Source: a virus (taxonomy: Duplodnaviria > Caudoviricetes). From it: a stretch of DNA of 56,295 nucleotides. Shown here one piece after another: positions 51,654-56,295 of the stretch. A program made the translations under genes and the position numbers. The stretch spans positions 1 through 56,295 of IMG/VR virus record IMGVR_UViG_3300036832_000712; one strand, written 5' to 3'. A model generated the notes under the pieces. That model was given only the letters and a program-made list of their open reading frames with translations. It was not told the origin of the DNA and searched no databases. Every line of letters begins with the position of its first letter. Within the stretch, counting starts at the first letter, position 1.

Positions 51654-53360
51654 ATGCGATGGCAGGACTTACCTACTTCGCAGAACGTCGTGGATCGTCG
51701 TGGGCAACCATCGGCGTCGTACTTGAATCCGATTATGAACGCGGGTGCAAACATAGTTGGTAATTTGGGTAATGCAGGAGGACTGATTTACGACGCAGTG
51801 CGTGGCGGTGCTCCACCGGCAACAGGGTTGGCTGCACAAGCTGGCATGAACTCGATTCCTTACAATCCGAGAGCGCTTCTTGTTAATTCACTTACTCGGC
51901 CATTCGGTTTTGCCGCCGGTGGGATTGTTCCAGCTATGAGGGGTACTGACATGGTAGCGCTCAGACGCGGCGTAGCGCGTTACGCCAACGGCACTCCGGA
52001 TGTGTCGCAGGTGCCTGGGCCAGGCCAGCCAGGGTTTCAAGGATTGACCGGCCTGCCGCTCACGCTGGCAATGGAGCAGCGGGCACGGGCGCGCAATGCT
52101 GCCGGTACACCAGGCACCATAGAGGATACTCTGCGAGACCGAGATGAGCTGCAGCGTTCGCCGGCAGCCATAGCAGCAGATTTTGCCCGGATGTATCCGG
52201 AGAGGATGCCACAGGTACAGGATCAGCAGCGCATATTCGGGCTGCAGGCAGCGGCGGGACAGACCCCCGGTGGTGAGTCATTGGAGAGTGCGCAGAGTAG
52301 ATGGGAGCAGCAGCATCCATCAGCAGCATCACCGGCACCGGCTGGTCCAAGTTTTCGTGAGATGCTTGGTAATGTGATTGGCATGCATGGTCGGGAAGCG
52401 CAGGCGAGTCCACTTGGTACGCCCACTTCAGGAGTGAATATAATTCCACCAGGAACCAAACCCGAAAGCCAGCCAATTACTTCCGGATCGCCGCTCGGTT
52501 CTATCGGGGATTTACTTACTGGTGGGTATGCCAATGTTTTGGCGAATCCGAATGCGTCGGCATTTTCTCAGTATCTTGCTCAGTCAGCTCAGGATCGTAT
52601 AAACGCGCAAATGAATCGCTGGCAAATACAAAATCTTACTACCGGGCCGTCTAATGCTGAGAAACTGGTCAAAGGTCTTTTTGGTACCCAAGCTGACTGG
52701 AAGAATATTCAAGATCGTGATGCCGCAGCGACGGCGTTAGGTCATCCGTTGGCGCAACAGCGTCTTTTGAACGACCCAAATGAGTTGGCGAAGGCTACGC
52801 AGGACCCAGTTGGATATTCTCAGAGTCCTGACTTTACTCAATACATGAAGACAGCGGTAGACAATCACAATGCAGCGCATGACCCGGGCGGGGTCATGCA
52901 CCCTGATGGTTCAGTTAAGATACCAGAGAACCCTTACAAGCTTGCACGAGTAACAACTACGACCGGCGCTACGTTGCCGGAGGCGCTTGCTAGTACTGAG
53001 CCGCATCAATATACGCGCGAAGAATTTGCTAACATCGTGGGCAAGATGCCGGTGAAAATGGTGGAAATGATGTTTGGTCACCAACTCGCGCATGTTGCGA
53101 CTCCGCAAGAAGACGTGACGAAGACGTTGTTTGGTACTTACACGAACGATTTTCTTGCTGAGCATGCCAAGACTAACCAGCTGATGGAAGCAGGTAAGAC
53201 GTTGACTGGAAGTGAGAAGGCAAAGAACATGGCTGCGATTATAGAACAGCAAAAGAGAGAGAAGGAAAAGAGGGACGCCCTCATGAATGCGATGTCTGCA
53301 CCTGCTGGAGTAGGTCAGAAACAGTTCCCACTTCCACCAGGGCAGACGGACGATAGGTAA
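51654..53360 (+). CDS. Putative internal virion/ejection protein
   Basis: Start MRWQDLPTS after a GAGG RBS; GFAAGGIVP..GTD motif; Gln/Ala-rich. Confidence 0.55.
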   Translation: MRWQDLPTSQNVVDRRGQPSASYLNPIMNAGANIVGNLGNAGGLIYDAVRGGAPPATGLAAQAGMNSIPYNPRALLVNSLTRPFGFAAGGIVPAMRGTDMVALRRGVARYANGTPDVSQVPGPGQPGFQGLTGLPLTLAMEQRARARNAAGTPGTIEDTLRDRDELQRSPAAIAADFARMYPERMPQVQDQQRIFGLQAAAGQTPGGESLESAQSRWEQQHPSAASPAPAGPSFREMLGNVIGMHGREAQASPLGTPTSGVNIIPPGTKPESQPITSGSPLGSIGDLLTGGYANVLANPNASAFSQYLAQSAQDRINAQMNRWQIQNLTTGPSNAEKLVKGLFGTQADWKNIQDRDAAATALGHPLAQQRLLNDPNELAKATQDPVGYSQSPDFTQYMKTAVDNHNAAHDPGGVMHPDGSVKIPENPYKLARVTTTTGATLPEALASTEPHQYTREEFANIVGKMPVKMVEMMFGHQLAHVATPQEDVTKTLFGTYTNDFLAEHAKTNQLMEAGKTLTGSEKAKNMAAIIEQQKREKEKRDALMNAMSAPAGVGQKQFPLPPGQTDDR

Positions 53361-53365
53361 GGACG

Positions 53366-56295
53366 ATGCCTGACAATTTTCCTTCGCTTTCTGACTATAT
53401 GTCGCCGATGGCGCGGTGGCCGTCAATTGACTCGGGGGCGTCGCCGATGGCGCAGTGGCCATCGCTTCCGCCACTGACGCCGAGCCAGTTACCGGCGGAC
53501 GTCCCGGCGACTGGTGAAGGTAATCTATTCAGCGCAGCTTTGATGTCTGCCATACACGAGGGGACAGCTCAGGGCGCGCGAGCACTTCAGGCCGGCGCGC
53601 AACTGACGGGCGCCACGGATACCGCGCAGTCGCTTTCGGACTTTGCCGATGCGGCACACGCCCGCGCGCAAGCATACGCGCGTCCTGATATAGAAGCCGC
53701 GCCCTGGTACTCGCCTTCCGCGCTCGCTTATCGCGCTACGCAGATGGTGCCGATGATAGGGCTTGGGGCTATTGGCGGAGGAATCGGAGCAGCACTAGCG
53801 CCGGAGGCTGTAGCTGGAGCGGGTCTTGCGGGCCTGGCCAGGATGGCCGGGCCTCGCCTGCTCGGCGCCGCGGCGACGATGTATCCTTTTGCTACTGGTG
53901 AGAATGTCCAGCGGCAGATCAGCGAGACAGGCGAGCTCACTTCTCCTGGTGAGGCACTGGCGCTCGGAGTACCGGAAGCATTCGTGCAGGGAGTGTTGCC
54001 AGGGAAACTGGAGAAGCTTTTCGGCAAGGGGATTTTAAGGGGAATTGCTCATTCTGTTGCGACGCAGGGTGGCGCTGCAGGTGCGACCGAGGCGATGACC
54101 CAGATGATGGGCGATCCGAATCGTTCGTTTGCGGATCGGGCGTCTGCTATTACGCAGCAGGCTTTGAGCGGTGGAGTGCTTGGCGGGCTTATTGGCGGCG
54201 CGTTCGGTGGCATGCATGAGCTTGTCGGTACACCGGTGAATAAGGTTAAGACCGGCGACCTTGATAAGGTAACTGCTCAGGCACTTGAACCGGCGCCTGC
54301 GGCGCAGGGGCAGTTCCCGCTGACTGGCGGTGGCGTGCGTCAAGGGCAGCCTCAAGGTGAGTTACCACTTTCAACACCTCGACAATATCCGGCTGAGCGT
54401 CAGTTGAATATGTTTGGCGTGCCTGGGGTGCAGACCGATCTATTCCGACCTGAGGAACCTGCGCCGCCTCCGCCGCCTGTACCTGCACCTGCACCTGCAG
54501 CGCCTGCGGCAGAAGCTCCTACGCACCTATGGCGGTCCAAGGAAGGTGATTTTCCTGTCACACCGACTGGTGTCGTACACACTGATCCAAAGACCGGTGT
54601 TGGATACGCCGTAGTTAGATCACCAGACGGTAGTGAAAGTATTGTTCCGGAGAACGAACTTGTTGCTCGTTCTGGTGTACCTACACCGGAGGCGCCTCCT
54701 GCTTCTTCTGCGGCAGCCGAGCCTGCAGCGCCTGCTGCGCCTGCTGCGCCTGCTGCACCACCTGAAATAGATTTCACTAAGGGTAGAATTAAAGAAGCTA
54801 CAGCACAGTATGCGGCTGCGACGCCTGAGGTGCAGGCGGCAATGCGACTGCCGTTGGTCGATGAGCTTGTTGCTCGTGAGGATGCAAAAATAGACCCGAC
54901 AAAGCTGCAGATAAAATGGGGCAAGGCGCTTGATGTTTTTGATGATGAGGGCAAGGTCAAAAGTGCGTTGCGATCCGAAGTAATGGAGTCACGGTCGAAG
55001 GTCGAAGCGCCGTCTGGCGTGGAGCCTGAGGCACCGGTACCCGAAGCGCCAGCAGCACCTGAGGCGCTAGTGGCACCTGAGGCGCCGGCTGAGCTAGCAG
55101 TTGCACCTGCGAAGGCTGCGCCGTTCGAGATGCCTGACATTCCGGCGTTCCTTCGGCGAGCTCCGCCGCCTGTGGCCAGCGATGCCCCGATCGAGACTGT
55201 GGACGATCGCGCAGCCACGCTGAGCGGGGTTGCACCTCATATTGTTGAGATAGCTAAAACCAATCCAGAGGCTGCACAAGAGTTTGCCGATGAGGCAAAA
55301 TTCATAAATGGGTCTGAGGTAAAGGTTGCGAATAACCCTGGTCTAGCTGCCGTGCTCAATACCCGGGCTGAGAATCTGCGATCCGCAGTTGCAGCGGAGG
55401 CGCAGCTGCCTGGCGATCACGTAGCATCTCCGGACCTGGCGCCGTCACCGCGCGCCGAGACAGTGCCTGCGCCAATGGGCGATCTCGATGCCAAGTTAGG
55501 GGATGCGCAGAGTGAGCTGTCGAAATTAAAAACGATGCTGGGTAGCCAGCCCGGTGCTACAGAGGCGGTTGAGCAGCACGAGAAGTGGTTGGCGGAGGTC
55601 AACAAGGCGGTAGGGCCGGATAAGCTGCGCGCTGCCTTGGCGAAAGACCCAGAAGCCTTGGCAGCTGCTGATGAGACTGGTGAGATGCCCGATCTAGGCG
55701 GTATCCGACAGTTGAGTGAGCCGCAAAAGAAACAGATGGCTGCGTACCTGAGTGCTCAGGAGAAAGTGCTCCAGGAGCTGCGGGCTCAGAGTGACTCACG
55801 CGCTCGGGTCATTAGTTCGCGTGATGGAGCGCCGGTGAACCAGCTCGATGCTGATGTGACGGACATGTCGCAGCGTGGCGTCAAGATGCATGACGCTCTC
55901 GATCATATCGCCGAGCATAGCGTCGATCCGGAGGAAGCTGAGCTTGCGACGTGGATCAAGCAAGGTGTGCCGAAGAATGTAACGCTGGCTTTCAGGGACG
56001 GCGTTACCGACAAAGAGGGCGAGTATTTTCCGAAGCAGCAAACTTCGGTGCTCTACAATGCAGCAAACGCGACAGTAACTACTCTTCATGAGGCGGTACA
56101 TGCAGCATTGTCCCGGGCGCTTGAGGGCACCAGCGCCGCGGCGGACGCTGTCCGTGGCATCTATGATCAGCTCAAGGACAAAGGCGATCATGCCGGGATC
56201 ACCGATGCACATGAAATGGTGGCGGAAGCAGTAGCCAACCCGGTCTATCGCTCTTTCCTGAAGTCACAGTTTGTGCAAGGCACAAGCATGTGGGA
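53366..56295 (+). CDS. Giant virion/ejection (polyvalent-type) protein, 3' truncated, with a zincin-like metallopeptidase motif
   Basis: Absent from the track because it has no stop in the window. ATG at 53366 after AAGGA; the same frame gives TLHEAVH (56081-56101) and HEMVAEAVANP near the end. Confidence 0.7.
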   Translation, partial: MPDNFPSLSDYMSPMARWPSIDSGASPMAQWPSLPPLTPSQLPADVPATGEGNLFSAALMSAIHEGTAQGARALQAGAQLTGATDTAQSLSDFADAAHARAQAYARPDIEAAPWYSPSALAYRATQMVPMIGLGAIGGGIGAALAPEAVAGAGLAGLARMAGPRLLGAAATMYPFATGENVQRQISETGELTSPGEALALGVPEAFVQGVLPGKLEKLFGKGILRGIAHSVATQGGAAGATEAMTQMMGDPNRSFADRASAITQQALSGGVLGGLIGGAFGGMHELVGTPVNKVKTGDLDKVTAQALEPAPAAQGQFPLTGGGVRQGQPQGELPLSTPRQYPAERQLNMFGVPGVQTDLFRPEEPAPPPPPVPAPAPAAPAAEAPTHLWRSKEGDFPVTPTGVVHTDPKTGVGYAVVRSPDGSESIVPENELVARSGVPTPEAPPASSAAAEPAAPAAPAAPAAPPEIDFTKGRIKEATAQYAAATPEVQAAMRLPLVDELVAREDAKIDPTKLQIKWGKALDVFDDEGKVKSALRSEVMESRSKVEAPSGVEPEAPVPEAPAAPEALVAPEAPAELAVAPAKAAPFEMPDIPAFLRRAPPPVASDAPIETVDDRAATLSGVAPHIVEIAKTNPEAAQEFADEAKFINGSEVKVANNPGLAAVLNTRAENLRSAVAAEAQLPGDHVASPDLAPSPRAETVPAPMGDLDAKLGDAQSELSKLKTMLGSQPGATEAVEQHEKWLAEVNKAVGPDKLRAALAKDPEALAAADETGEMPDLGGIRQLSEPQKKQMAAYLSAQEKVLQELRAQSDSRARVISSRDGAPVNQLDADVTDMSQRGVKMHDALDHIAEHSVDPEEAELATWIKQGVPKNVTLAFRDGVTDKEGEYFPKQQTSVLYNAANATVTTLHEAVHAALSRALEGTSAAADAVRGIYDQLKDKGDHAGITDAHEMVAEAVANPVYRSFLKSQFVQGTSMW

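Noticed and set aside
53361-56295. Apparent lack of a long + strand ORF, suggesting stop-codon recoding or non-coding DNA
   Set aside because: It is explained by one ORF from 53366 whose stop lies beyond the window. Other genes end normally at TAA, TAG and TGA.
1-56295. Integrase, diversity-generating retroelement or endolysin
   Set aside because: I found no recombinase, reverse transcriptase, template/variable repeat pair or lysin motif. They could lie in the part of the genome outside the window.

Overview
Most of a circularly permuted tailed dsDNA phage genome, GC-rich and probably podovirus-like. The host is likely alphaproteobacterial, inferred mainly from the VPLPA-CTERM sorting signals. 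There are three blocks. (1) 1-8.0 kb (+): tail and virion genes. (2) 8.0-37.0 kb (-): replication genes (AEP/DUF927 primase-helicase, SSB-like protein, SNF2 helicase, VRR-NUC, PD-(D/E)XK nuclease, 3'-5' exonuclease, family A polymerase), then a long early/accessory region. That region holds a MoxR-type AAA ATPase with a vWA-metallopeptidase partner, adjacent Tad2-like and Acb2/Tad1-like sponge genes, two VPLPA-CTERM surface proteins, a methyltransferase, many small ORFs and an origin-like inverted repeat. (3) 37.2-56.3 kb (+): TerS, a fibre-like protein, TerL, portal, scaffold, N4-gp56-type major capsid, adaptor and ejection proteins; the last gene runs off the window. The most striking non-coding signal is a 19-bp palindrome, GTGTTACA-N3-TGTAACAC. 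It occurs 12 times, only in the early/replication arm, often just after stop codons or beside sigma70 promoters, and twice inside genes. I recognised no integrase, RNA polymerase, tRNA or CRISPR array. All family calls come from motif recognition by eye, not database searches.
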